Source: Myxococcota bacterium (GTDB lineage Bacteria > Myxococcota_A > SURF-8). Taken from it: 64,000 bases of DNA. Below the pieces are notes generated by a model. It did not search any database and was not told where the DNA came from. It worked only from the letters and a program-made list of their open reading frames with translations. Location of the stretch: contig OZ223209.1 in NCBI GenBank assembly GCA_965140415.1, positions 4,320,001 to 4,384,000 of the forward strand. Reading direction: 5' to 3'. Below are positions 47,095 through 55,623 of this stretch, piece after piece; the first letter of the stretch is position 1; the number at the start of each line of letters is the position of its first letter. The position numbers and the translations under genes are program-made.

Positions 47095-48084
47095 TTACTC
47101 CTCCACCGGTTGGCAGGGGGCGTTGCTCCAGGTGAAGCCGTTTAGCAGCGGCGTGCCGGTCGGGTCAGAATCGACCTTGTAGAGAGCTACGGGGCTGTTG
47201 GGGTAGATGGGGTCATTGATACCAGGAACATTCTGATTCGACCAGGTGATAATGCTTGTTGATTGTTCGAAAACCACCACCCAGTCCGTATTCTGAATAT
47301 AGCGTGCTTCACCGGGCTGCAATACATACCAGCATTGTTCGTGCTTGACCCACAGCTCATGGTAATACCTTTTTTCCCCATCCGCCTGCGTGCCGCGTGT
47401 TTGACTGCAAATGCGATGAGGGAGGATCTCCATGTCAGCCGGGTGCTGCAAACCTTCCGCAATAGGAGCCGTGCTGGTGTTGAAAATGTGGTATACGAGT
47501 TCATCTTCAACGTATAAATCCAGCCAACCCAAGCCCCAATCCCGTTCCTGCCACATCACGATTTTCACGTTCTGTCCGGTTTGCAGGTTGGGATTCAAGC
47601 CTGCACCAAGCAAACCAAAAGACCAAACGGTTCTTGATTGATCCTCGAAAGAGAACCAATATCTTGAACCTTGATCGTATGGGTAGTCCCCGCTTATTCC
47701 AGAAATGGAACTCGATTGAGATCCGCAGAATCCTGTCCGTTCCGGTTCGGTGCCGACATCGCTGATGGGACCGTTGAACATGTAAGCATCTTCGCCATAA
47801 TCCTGATCGCCATAACCGAGCCAGTCCTCTGGCCTGTCCAGAACCTTCCAACAGGCTGTCAGTCTTCTAGGAACGACATATTCCTCGCAATTGCCTTCGT
47901 ACAAATCCAACTCTGCTTCCGGTTCCTGCTCTGCATCGAAATTCTCAGTGAAATCCGTGTCCAAATCGCCATCGGTTACAATGTCGCCATCGCTATTTGT
48001 ATCCGATTCGTTGCAGTCACAAAAAAGCAGCGCGATGATTCCTGCAAAAAAGAATACTTTTAATCGGTTACATTGCATGTTCAT
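47095..48084 (-). CDS. Hypothetical exported protein / probable lipoprotein
   Basis: Hydrophobic N-terminus ending in FCDC, then DGD repeats and an acidic linker; no recognisable domain. Confidence 0.72.
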   Translation of the reverse strand: MNMQCNRLKVFFFAGIIALLFCDCNESDTNSDGDIVTDGDLDTDFTENFDAEQEPEAELDLYEGNCEEYVVPRRLTACWKVLDRPEDWLGYGDQDYGEDAYMFNGPISDVGTEPERTGFCGSQSSSISGISGDYPYDQGSRYWFSFEDQSRTVWSFGLLGAGLNPNLQTGQNVKIVMWQERDWGLGWLDLYVEDELVYHIFNTSTAPIAEGLQHPADMEILPHRICSQTRGTQADGEKRYYHELWVKHEQCWYVLQPGEARYIQNTDWVVVFEQSTSIITWSNQNVPGINDPIYPNSPVALYKVDSDPTGTPLLNGFTWSNAPCQPVEE

Positions 48085-48135
48085 CCCTTTACGCTATATG
48101 GCAGTGCTTGAATTCATTTATCGATATCAACCGCA

Positions 48136-48214
48136 ATGTCATTGTCCGCGCAGGCGGACAATCCATTGATTTTATTTAAGAACCTGGATTACCTGCCTTC
48201 GCAGGTAATGACAT
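48136..48214. repeat. REP-like palindrome doublet (CGTC/TGTC-tagged type)
   Basis: TGTC-ATTGTCCGC-gcag-GCGGACAAT-CCA, an AT-rich spacer, then the inverted partner TGG-ATTACCTGC-cttc-GCAGGTAAT-GACA. Confidence 0.72.
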
Positions 48215-48416
48215 GGACCTCGCTAAGTTCAAATAGTAACCCGTATAGTCGGACTTTCGTCCGTAACATTGTGTTTTGCTTACAGAATACGATTGGACAG
48301 CATGTCTGTCCGATAAAAGAAAATCGTGATCGGCTCTCGTGGCGAGTATGTAACAAGTACCATACACGATGGGAGCTTGTCAAGCAGCTTCATTCAATAG
48401 TGATTCATGTATTGTT

Positions 48417-48588
48417 TATAGGCTGCCTCTAAAAATAGCTATTCGTCGCGAGAACGCATCCTTTGCGAGACCGGGCGTTTTTCGCAATCCGCAGGCATAT
48501 CCTGTAGATACGTCGAGGATTGAGAGAAACGATCCGGGCCGGAAAGTGGCGTTCGTAGCAGAATATGGATTTTTAGAGGTAGCCTATA
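48417..48588. mobile_element. MITE-like non-autonomous element (172 bp, long imperfect palindrome)
   Basis: 20-bp terminal inverted repeat TATAGGCTGCCTCTAAAAAT / ATTTTTAGAGGTAGCCTATA (1 mismatch; the outer TATA may be a target duplication). Interior pairs on itself. No transposase. Confidence 0.6.
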
Positions 48589-48930
48589 GTAAAGTAAGCA
48601 TTCAAACATCTCAAGTAACAACGAGCCAGTCCACATCTCCCTCTTTTTCTCCCTGTTATATCTACTTTTAACTTGAACTTATATAGTATGCCGAATATAC
48701 TATGCACCGTATTTCTATGAATGTCGACTCGCCACAATTTTCACGGGATAAAATTCCTTTATGAGGTAAAGGGTTTGGCTTGTTCATACGATCAAGCCAC
48801 ATCGATTGTCGGTCAAAAGTACATCATCACGGAACGTACCTGTCTTGACGAACGACTGACACCCTCGACTCATGGATGTGAATACATGAAGGACTCGGTT
48901 GTACAGCCCTTTCGGTCAGGAGGTAAGACG

Positions 48931-51786
48931 ATGAGCAGAATCAATCGAAACTGGTTCCTTTTTGCAACGATGCTGATAATGTCCCTGTTTGCATTCGGCT
49001 GCTGGGGAGAAGACGAGAACGAAGTCGATCCCTGCACGCGCGACGCACAATGCCCTAATAGCGAACGTTGCGTAGAAGGCGTCTGCACTCCGGTAGATGA
49101 TCCGTCCGATGGAGATGAAGAAGACACGCGCGACTGCCAAACCGGCGAAATCGATTCCTGCCCCTGTTTAGGCGGAACGACCGGCTCCCGCCTCTGCCAG
49201 CAGAACGGGACATGGGGAAGTTGCAATTGCCCTGCGCCACCGGATGGCGATGCAACCGATGGCGACACTGCTGACGGCGATAAAGCCGATGGTGACTTCA
49301 CCGACGGCGATGCAATCGACGGCGACCACACCGACGGCGACAGGGACTTCGACTGGGACGATATCGATTGGTGTATCGATGGAGACTACTGGGTAGACGG
49401 CGATGCCCCCCCAGTCGATGGCGATGCCGATTTCCAGCCTCCGGATGGCGACGATCCGGTTGATGGCGACAGTATCCTTCCAGACGGTGACCTACTGGAT
49501 GGGGACTATACGGACGGAGACCAAATTGTCGATGGCGACGAGCCTCCGAACTACATCTACACCTGCGACGGCAACAACGTTCTTCGTCAAGACCCGAGTA
49601 TCGGCAACTGGGAGTTCTTATATAATTGCGAAGAGTATTACATGGTGTGTGAAAACGGTGCCTGTACCACACCGAATCCGGGAGACGAAGACGTTCCCAA
49701 CTATTGCAGCCACGATCTCGAATGTCCTGCCGGCTATGCCTGCCACGATGAATTGAACGAGTGTCGTCCCCTGGAATGCCAGTATCATCAAACCTGTCTG
49801 GGACAGTACGGCAACGGTTTCACCTGTCATTCCGATGGCTTATGTTATCTCGATTGCCTTTACAATGAGGATTGCCAGAGCGGCTATAGCTGCGTGCAGG
49901 GCATCTGTCGTGCCAGCAATGATTGCAACCCGACCATCGATCATCTCATCATTGCCGAAGGCGATGGTGTGATCAAAACAGGAGTGAGTAAGTCGCTTTC
50001 CGTACGAGCAGTCGATATCTACGGCAACTTGGTCAACCATGCCCTGGCATTCATCTGGGAAAGCGATTCGCCAAGCGTGGTGAGCGTAAACGCCAATGGA
50101 GAAATTACCGGGCAATCTGCCAATGGCACTGCCACCATCAGCGCGCGTATCTCCTGTAACTCACTGGCAGTAGCGCAGGTCAGCTATACCAACTACACCG
50201 TATCTAGCAGCGGACTTCGAGTGATCGCAATCGACACCATAACCGGTCTGCCTGTTTCAAACGCTACCGTACTTGCAGTGCAGGGCGAAACCCCTTACAG
50301 TCAAACGACCGTGAACGGCCAGGCAACATTCAACAATCTGGATTGCGGCAATACCGCCTGCGACGTGCATATCCTACATCCGGATTACAGCTATGTCAGC
50401 GCATTCGGTCTGCAAAACAACGATCTGTATTTCCCGCTTCAGCCGAACCGGGATCTATCGATTGCGGCGGGAGTCAAAGGAAATCTCGATTTCGAACCCA
50501 TCCCTGATATCATTCGGCAAGACATCGACTCCGGAGCCGCAGCCTTTTCCATTACCGGAGACTGGGCCGACATCGCCTATGAAGATCTGCTCGGTGAAAC
50601 CGTCATGACCCGCCTGAGACTCGGATCGGTTTTCGATGATATCGTCCCCATCGACAGCGCACGTGAATCCTACCTTCACGATGATCCGATGTTCGAACAA
50701 TACCGGGCGCTTGCGCAACCCGGAGCCAAGGCATTGTGGGGGTTTGCCGGATCTTTCAGTTTAAATGACATTATTACAATTGTAACCTCAGTCATGGGAG
50801 ACGAGTTTGATCTGATCCTATACCAGCAATTAATGAGCCCAATGCTGGAAGACTATTACTTCGACGTTCAGCCCGGCTTCGATCTCCAACCCGAACCGCG
50901 TCTGTTCGATGCGGAAGACCTGAACGGAAATAACAGCACCACCGACATGATACCCGATTACGCCGCACTGGATGATGTCGGCGGAATTCTCCGGGCGGAA
51001 TTCGTCCAAGGCCAGCGTATCGCGCTTCAATTCGGTGATTTGCCCGACATGCAGAGTGGTTGCGGTGACAGCGTATTCGCCATGATCGCGGCCAACGAGG
51101 CGGGAAGCGGTCTGACGCCGCAAGGATTCACCTGGGGACTGGATGATGATGCGGAAGACTTCAATCCCGGAGATTGCAAAGTCGGTTCCGAAAATAATGG
51201 AGTCTTCACCCTGCCCAGCAGCATCTCCGGTTCGATTTTGCAGCCGGAAAATTACACGATAATGGGAATGGCGCTTTCCTTATCCGGAATCAATATCGAG
51301 CAGGACCAAATGATGGCTTCGATGGTCATAGGCCCCGGTATCGACCTCCCCAGCTTCGCCCGATATGTGGATCATTCCGTAGTCTTCAAGCGCTTCGCCT
51401 CGCTGCCGCTTACAGCCCAGATGCCGGAATTCCTGGACATTCCACTTTCCGCGCAGTACGACTATACCAATGAGGCGCACACGTTACAGACAGATGCCGT
51501 GGCGGGTGCGTCTTTCTACCGGGCGCTGCTGTTCAGCGAAGATGAATCGAGCCAGCAGCGGCGTTGCTGGCAGGTTTACTGGCCGGCGGACCGGCAGAGC
51601 GTCAGTTTCGAGCAACCGGAAGGTGCGCAACAACGATTGGTCGATTTGCTCGGATTTTCGAGCGTGCAGGCGTTGAAACTGACCGGGCAAGTGAACTACC
51701 AGTATCTGATGCAATTTAACGACTTGAACCTGGATCAACTTAACCATGTCTTACAGGCGTATTCACAACATCCCGTACAGGATTAA
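48931..51786 (+). CDS. Large lipoprotein: Cys-rich modules, DGD repeats, Ig-like (Big_2-like) domain, unknown C-terminal region
   Basis: AGGAGG RBS before ATG 48931; lipobox AFGC; WESDSPSVVSVNANGEITG...GTATISA Ig motif. Confidence 0.82.
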   Translation: MSRINRNWFLFATMLIMSLFAFGCWGEDENEVDPCTRDAQCPNSERCVEGVCTPVDDPSDGDEEDTRDCQTGEIDSCPCLGGTTGSRLCQQNGTWGSCNCPAPPDGDATDGDTADGDKADGDFTDGDAIDGDHTDGDRDFDWDDIDWCIDGDYWVDGDAPPVDGDADFQPPDGDDPVDGDSILPDGDLLDGDYTDGDQIVDGDEPPNYIYTCDGNNVLRQDPSIGNWEFLYNCEEYYMVCENGACTTPNPGDEDVPNYCSHDLECPAGYACHDELNECRPLECQYHQTCLGQYGNGFTCHSDGLCYLDCLYNEDCQSGYSCVQGICRASNDCNPTIDHLIIAEGDGVIKTGVSKSLSVRAVDIYGNLVNHALAFIWESDSPSVVSVNANGEITGQSANGTATISARISCNSLAVAQVSYTNYTVSSSGLRVIAIDTITGLPVSNATVLAVQGETPYSQTTVNGQATFNNLDCGNTACDVHILHPDYSYVSAFGLQNNDLYFPLQPNRDLSIAAGVKGNLDFEPIPDIIRQDIDSGAAAFSITGDWADIAYEDLLGETVMTRLRLGSVFDDIVPIDSARESYLHDDPMFEQYRALAQPGAKALWGFAGSFSLNDIITIVTSVMGDEFDLILYQQLMSPMLEDYYFDVQPGFDLQPEPRLFDAEDLNGNNSTTDMIPDYAALDDVGGILRAEFVQGQRIALQFGDLPDMQSGCGDSVFAMIAANEAGSGLTPQGFTWGLDDDAEDFNPGDCKVGSENNGVFTLPSSISGSILQPENYTIMGMALSLSGINIEQDQMMASMVIGPGIDLPSFARYVDHSVVFKRFASLPLTAQMPEFLDIPLSAQYDYTNEAHTLQTDAVAGASFYRALLFSEDESSQQRRCWQVYWPADRQSVSFEQPEGAQQRLVDLLGFSSVQALKLTGQVNYQYLMQFNDLNLDQLNHVLQAYSQHPVQD
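49243..49341 (+). repeat. Coding tandem repeat, 15-nt period (DGDxx x7)
   Basis: DGDAT-DGDTA-DGDKA-DGDFT-DGDAI-DGDHT-DGD. Confidence 0.9.
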
Positions 51787-52492
51787 CCGGCACAACACAT
51801 CGATTGCCCGGTGGTTTCGCTCTTTTACAAATCTACTCGTTATAGCCTTCTGCTTCAGTGGCTGGCTTTTAGCTTGCGGTTCGGATAAAGCCGAACCCGA
51901 ATGCTATGGCAGTGCCGATTGCCAGACCGGACAGATCTGCATCAACGGCGTTTGCAGCGGAAGCAGCACGGGAGACGGTGACAGCGACCAAAGCTGCGAG
52001 GAGGGAGACGCTACCATCTGTACCTGCGCCAATGGCGCTCCCGGCTTGAAAGAATGCCTGGCCAGTGGAAGTTGGGGAAGTTGCGAATGTGAAATTTCCC
52101 TTTCAGACGGCGACGATGAAACCAACCCCTACGTTCCCGATGGCGATGAAGACGACCAGGAAAGCGATTTGCTTTGCGTCCCCTACTCCCTGCGACTTTG
52201 CACCTGCAATTCGGGAGCGTCGGGAACTCAATTCTGCCTGGAAGATGGTCAAAGCTGGGACATCTGCCGCTGCTCGTCTAGCACAGATGGCGACGATGAA
52301 AGCAGCGAACTCGATGCAGAACCGGAAACAGTCTGCCTGCCCGACGAGGTTCGCTGCGATGGCGACCGCTTGATGGGCTGCGTCGATGGCGACTGGCAAC
52401 TCGTTCGCAACTGCGGTTTTGAAGGACTTATTTGTTTGGATAACGCCTGTCAAAACGAAATTGACGGCGACGAAGAAACGGATTCGAAGTAA
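51746..52492 (+). CDS. Cys-rich lipoprotein made of disulfide modules separated by DGD linkers
   Basis: Lipobox LLAC; four Cys modules related to those in 48931-51786 and 37561-39888. Start uncertain. Confidence 0.78.
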   Translation: MSYRRIHNIPYRINRHNTSIARWFRSFTNLLVIAFCFSGWLLACGSDKAEPECYGSADCQTGQICINGVCSGSSTGDGDSDQSCEEGDATICTCANGAPGLKECLASGSWGSCECEISLSDGDDETNPYVPDGDEDDQESDLLCVPYSLRLCTCNSGASGTQFCLEDGQSWDICRCSSSTDGDDESSELDAEPETVCLPDEVRCDGDRLMGCVDGDWQLVRNCGFEGLICLDNACQNEIDGDEETDSK

Positions 52493-52512
52493 AACAACCG
52501 CTTTTACCCGTT

Positions 52513-53214
52513 TTACCCACGTTTACCTTGCAATAACTGCTGAATAATCTCACGCGCGGATTGAGACTGCGGCGGGGGTTGCATGCGCTCGTTAATCAAG
52601 TCGGCCACGGTTTGGGCGGTCCAATCGGGAGAGACTTCGTGCTTAGCTGACGTCTCTTCATCGCTCTGTTGACCGCCTTCTTTTTGCCCACTCGAAGCGG
52701 ACGAATCGGAAGCATCTTCTGATTTTAAAGAATTGTCAGCATTCGGACTCTGTGCGCGTTCGCGTTCGTACGCATCATAGGCCTCGGCCAGCAAGTCGCC
52801 TTTTTCCACCAGCCGCTGGGCAGTACCGGCCTTGTCGTCCACCAACTCGTCGAATTCCTCCAGCAACTCGCCGATATCGCCGTTGTCACCGTTGTCACCA
52901 TTCTCTTCCAGGCTTTCATCGTCCGCCTGTACCACGACTTCCGGCTGCGGCTCTTGTTGCTCATCGAACTCACCGGAGGTAAGCTGATGCACCATTTTCC
53001 GGTGCGAACGCCGCATGATCGCAATGACTTTTTTTTCCAGCTTGTCGGGCTCCAGCTCCAAGTGCTCGTTATACTTGGTTTTTACAGACGCCAGTATCGT
53101 GCCATCCAAAAACAGATGTGAAATCACATGACCGTATTTCGGTCCGGAATCCTCCGTTTGGATATGGTAGATTTTTTCGTTTCTTTTGATATTGCTGTTG
53201 AGACCCGGAATCAT
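52513..53214 (-). CDS. Hypothetical protein: compact N-terminal domain plus acidic disordered tail
   Basis: N-terminal GLNSNIK..YHIQTEDSG...ISHLFLDGTILAS motif that I recall from deltaproteobacterial hypothetical proteins; GAGG RBS. Confidence 0.75.
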   Translation of the reverse strand: MIPGLNSNIKRNEKIYHIQTEDSGPKYGHVISHLFLDGTILASVKTKYNEHLELEPDKLEKKVIAIMRRSHRKMVHQLTSGEFDEQQEPQPEVVVQADDESLEENGDNGDNGDIGELLEEFDELVDDKAGTAQRLVEKGDLLAEAYDAYERERAQSPNADNSLKSEDASDSSASSGQKEGGQQSDEETSAKHEVSPDWTAQTVADLINERMQPPPQSQSAREIIQQLLQGKRG

Positions 53215-53267
53215 GTGCGCCCTCGGAAGAGAGAAGAATACCTTAATACGAACATCCGCTATTCTTC

Positions 53268-53296
53268 GGTATACTTGGATGCGGGAAAGCCGTCAA
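53268..53296 (-). promoter_or_regulatory. Sigma70-type promoter for 52513-53214
   Basis: Minus strand TTGACG-17 bp-TATACC. Confidence 0.5.
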
Positions 53297-53394
53297 TCGT
53301 TTCTTTTAATCGTTTCAGTATCCGAACAATCGAAACGATGCGGGAAACTCCCCCAAATTCGTTCTCTGTCATCGAATCGGGGAGACAAGCACAC

Positions 53395-55623
53395 CTAACG
53401 CCGTTTGTGCCAACGCCGGGATCGACTTCCAAGCCAACCACCTTTTTGCTGTTGCATCAATTCTCTAAGCTTCGTGGCGGCTCGCTCCTGGCTGATTTTC
53501 CCACTCAGCAAATCATTCGTGATGTTATCCGCCTGCACGGTTCGCCAGATGCTGGCCACGAAATCGAATAACATCTCGATTTGTCGCGCACCCCATAGCG
53601 CCGGAGACAAAGCCCGGTGCTCGTGTAAGCCTTTGGCCGCTTCCGAGTACACCCCATTCAAGCGATCATACAATTTTCGCAGAGCGGGCCGCAAAGGCTC
53701 CCAGGCGGCGCTGGTCTGATCCAGCAGACTTTCGATCTTCATCAGTGCGGCGTGGCTGTCCATCACACCATAGTCCTCAAACGACATCAACTGGATGATC
53801 GCATCCTGCCAGTCATCCGGATTCTCGGTATCAAAACGCCCCAGTTGGGTCAACACACGATCGTATGCCTGCCAACGATACACAATCTCCAGACCCGGTC
53901 CTTTGATGTTCTGCATTCCCATGATTTTAGCATGATAGCCCGGCGGCACCTGACCCGCGATAAAGTGAATCAGCGGATCGCCCTTGATGGCGGAATCTCT
54001 TAGAACGACGACACTGCGTAAAACCTGCTCGACAAGGCGCTTACGATACTGGCGATTCAACTGTTCGATAGCGCCATTGGAAGCGCCTTTCTCTTCGAAT
54101 AGCTGTTGCAAGTCCCTGGCGATTGAATCCATCACCAGATGTCTGGCGGCGGTTTCGGCAAGAAACGGAAGGCTTGCGGAACCGACTGAAAATCGGAATT
54201 CCTTGTCCTGCAACAAAATGGACTCTACTTCCTGTAGCGAATGCCCCTTGATCTTTCTATGCTGCGCTTCACACCAGTTTTCCCACTGCTCTTCGCTCCA
54301 CTTACCGATGCGGTCGCTTTCGGGTAGTTGCTCAAACATCATCCGAATCGCAGTCAGAGCATCGGAATCCAGCCGCATGGCCGTGCATATCATTTCCAAA
54401 CGTTTTTCAGCCCGTGGCCGTTCCCGCTCGGGATCGTTCTTGAATTCCGTAATGTCAATGAGCGCCCACTTTCCGTAGCGCAGTTTCAACTCGTTATTGA
54501 TAAACCCACGCATACCGCGAACGTTCGATCCGACCACGATGTAACGATGGGCGAACACATCTTCAACGAGAATGCGGGCAAACACCTGAGACCGGCTGAT
54601 GCGATCGGCACGGTTATTGATCAAAGCCACCGCCCAACGATTTAGATCCCCTTCCTGCCCAATGCGTTCGAAACCGGTTCGTCTCCAATTGTTCATGAAA
54701 CCGGCGCGTTCGTTGGCCGACATGCCATTAACGAACTGCAACCAGCGCCCGGAAACTTCGGCCTGCGGAAATACGCGCAGCACTCCTATTTCCGGCACGA
54801 CCCGTTCGGTCATTTCCACCAGTGCCTGCTCGCGATCGATTCCCAACTCCTCCGCCAATCTCAACACCAATGCCACGTTGGCGGGATGTTCCTCGTAAGG
54901 AAAGCGCTGCATCATCATGCGTGGCACCAATAAAGGATCGCGTTCATTGACCACCATCAACTCGCTATCCATACGCCGCGCCTCTTCCTTTAACAACGGA
55001 AGCATCTGCACTTCGGTCGTCAGCACTTTTCCCTTTTTCGGAATGAAGTGCGAGATCACCTGGGCGACATCGAAACCGCTTGGACCTTGAATATCCTCGT
55101 GGTCGGGATAGGCATTGGTGATGGTGGTGTAATCATCGCGCATCCACTGGCGCTGGAGAATTTCGACATAACGTTGGTTTAATGCCATGCACTCCCACAA
55201 AAACACCTGGGAATTGCTCTTTGCCGCCAAAGACAACAGCTTTTCCTGTTCCCAAATGGAAGCCTTGTCGTAAGGTCGGAAGATGTAAAGCTCCAAAGGA
55301 TCGCGTCCGGGCAGCGAACGAATGAACATGGCCGAGGAACCGGTGGTCTTGGCGACTACATGGCTATCCAGACTCGCGAAAAGCGCAGCTTTCAATCGCT
55401 CGGTGCCGCTTTTTCCCCGCGTTCCCCAACCACCGATCACCAATGGTACTTTTGCCCGACTTCTGTAAATCCTCTGAAATGCAAAGGAATGCCGAGCAAG
55501 AAAATAAAGTGCCACGAGTAACGTAAAGACCATCAAGCTGAAAATAAGATTACCGGTGGGCGACAGGAAGTAACTCAAATAGGGACGAATGGCCAGTTCC
55601 AAGCTGGTGTATAGATCTTTCAC
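53395..55623 (-). CDS. pgsB: Poly-gamma-glutamate synthetase PgsB/CapB-like Mur-ligase-fold protein (extended, 742 aa)
   Basis: N-terminal TM; P-loop GTRGKSGTERL; AKTTGS; SIWEQ; WECMAL; ITNAYPDHEDIQGP; NGMSANE; INNRADRISRSQVF; GMQNIKG. GTG start with GGAGG RBS. Confidence 0.85.
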   Translation of the reverse strand: MKDLYTSLELAIRPYLSYFLSPTGNLIFSLMVFTLLVALYFLARHSFAFQRIYRSRAKVPLVIGGWGTRGKSGTERLKAALFASLDSHVVAKTTGSSAMFIRSLPGRDPLELYIFRPYDKASIWEQEKLLSLAAKSNSQVFLWECMALNQRYVEILQRQWMRDDYTTITNAYPDHEDIQGPSGFDVAQVISHFIPKKGKVLTTEVQMLPLLKEEARRMDSELMVVNERDPLLVPRMMMQRFPYEEHPANVALVLRLAEELGIDREQALVEMTERVVPEIGVLRVFPQAEVSGRWLQFVNGMSANERAGFMNNWRRTGFERIGQEGDLNRWAVALINNRADRISRSQVFARILVEDVFAHRYIVVGSNVRGMRGFINNELKLRYGKWALIDITEFKNDPERERPRAEKRLEMICTAMRLDSDALTAIRMMFEQLPESDRIGKWSEEQWENWCEAQHRKIKGHSLQEVESILLQDKEFRFSVGSASLPFLAETAARHLVMDSIARDLQQLFEEKGASNGAIEQLNRQYRKRLVEQVLRSVVVLRDSAIKGDPLIHFIAGQVPPGYHAKIMGMQNIKGPGLEIVYRWQAYDRVLTQLGRFDTENPDDWQDAIIQLMSFEDYGVMDSHAALMKIESLLDQTSAAWEPLRPALRKLYDRLNGVYSEAAKGLHEHRALSPALWGARQIEMLFDFVASIWRTVQADNITNDLLSGKISQERAATKLRELMQQQKGGWLGSRSRRWHKRR

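Noticed and set aside
48250-48263. Minus-strand GACGAAAGTCCG resembling the RNase P RNA GAGGAAAGTCC motif
   Set aside because: Mismatch in the conserved core, no 3' partner motif found, and the RNA would run into a CDS.
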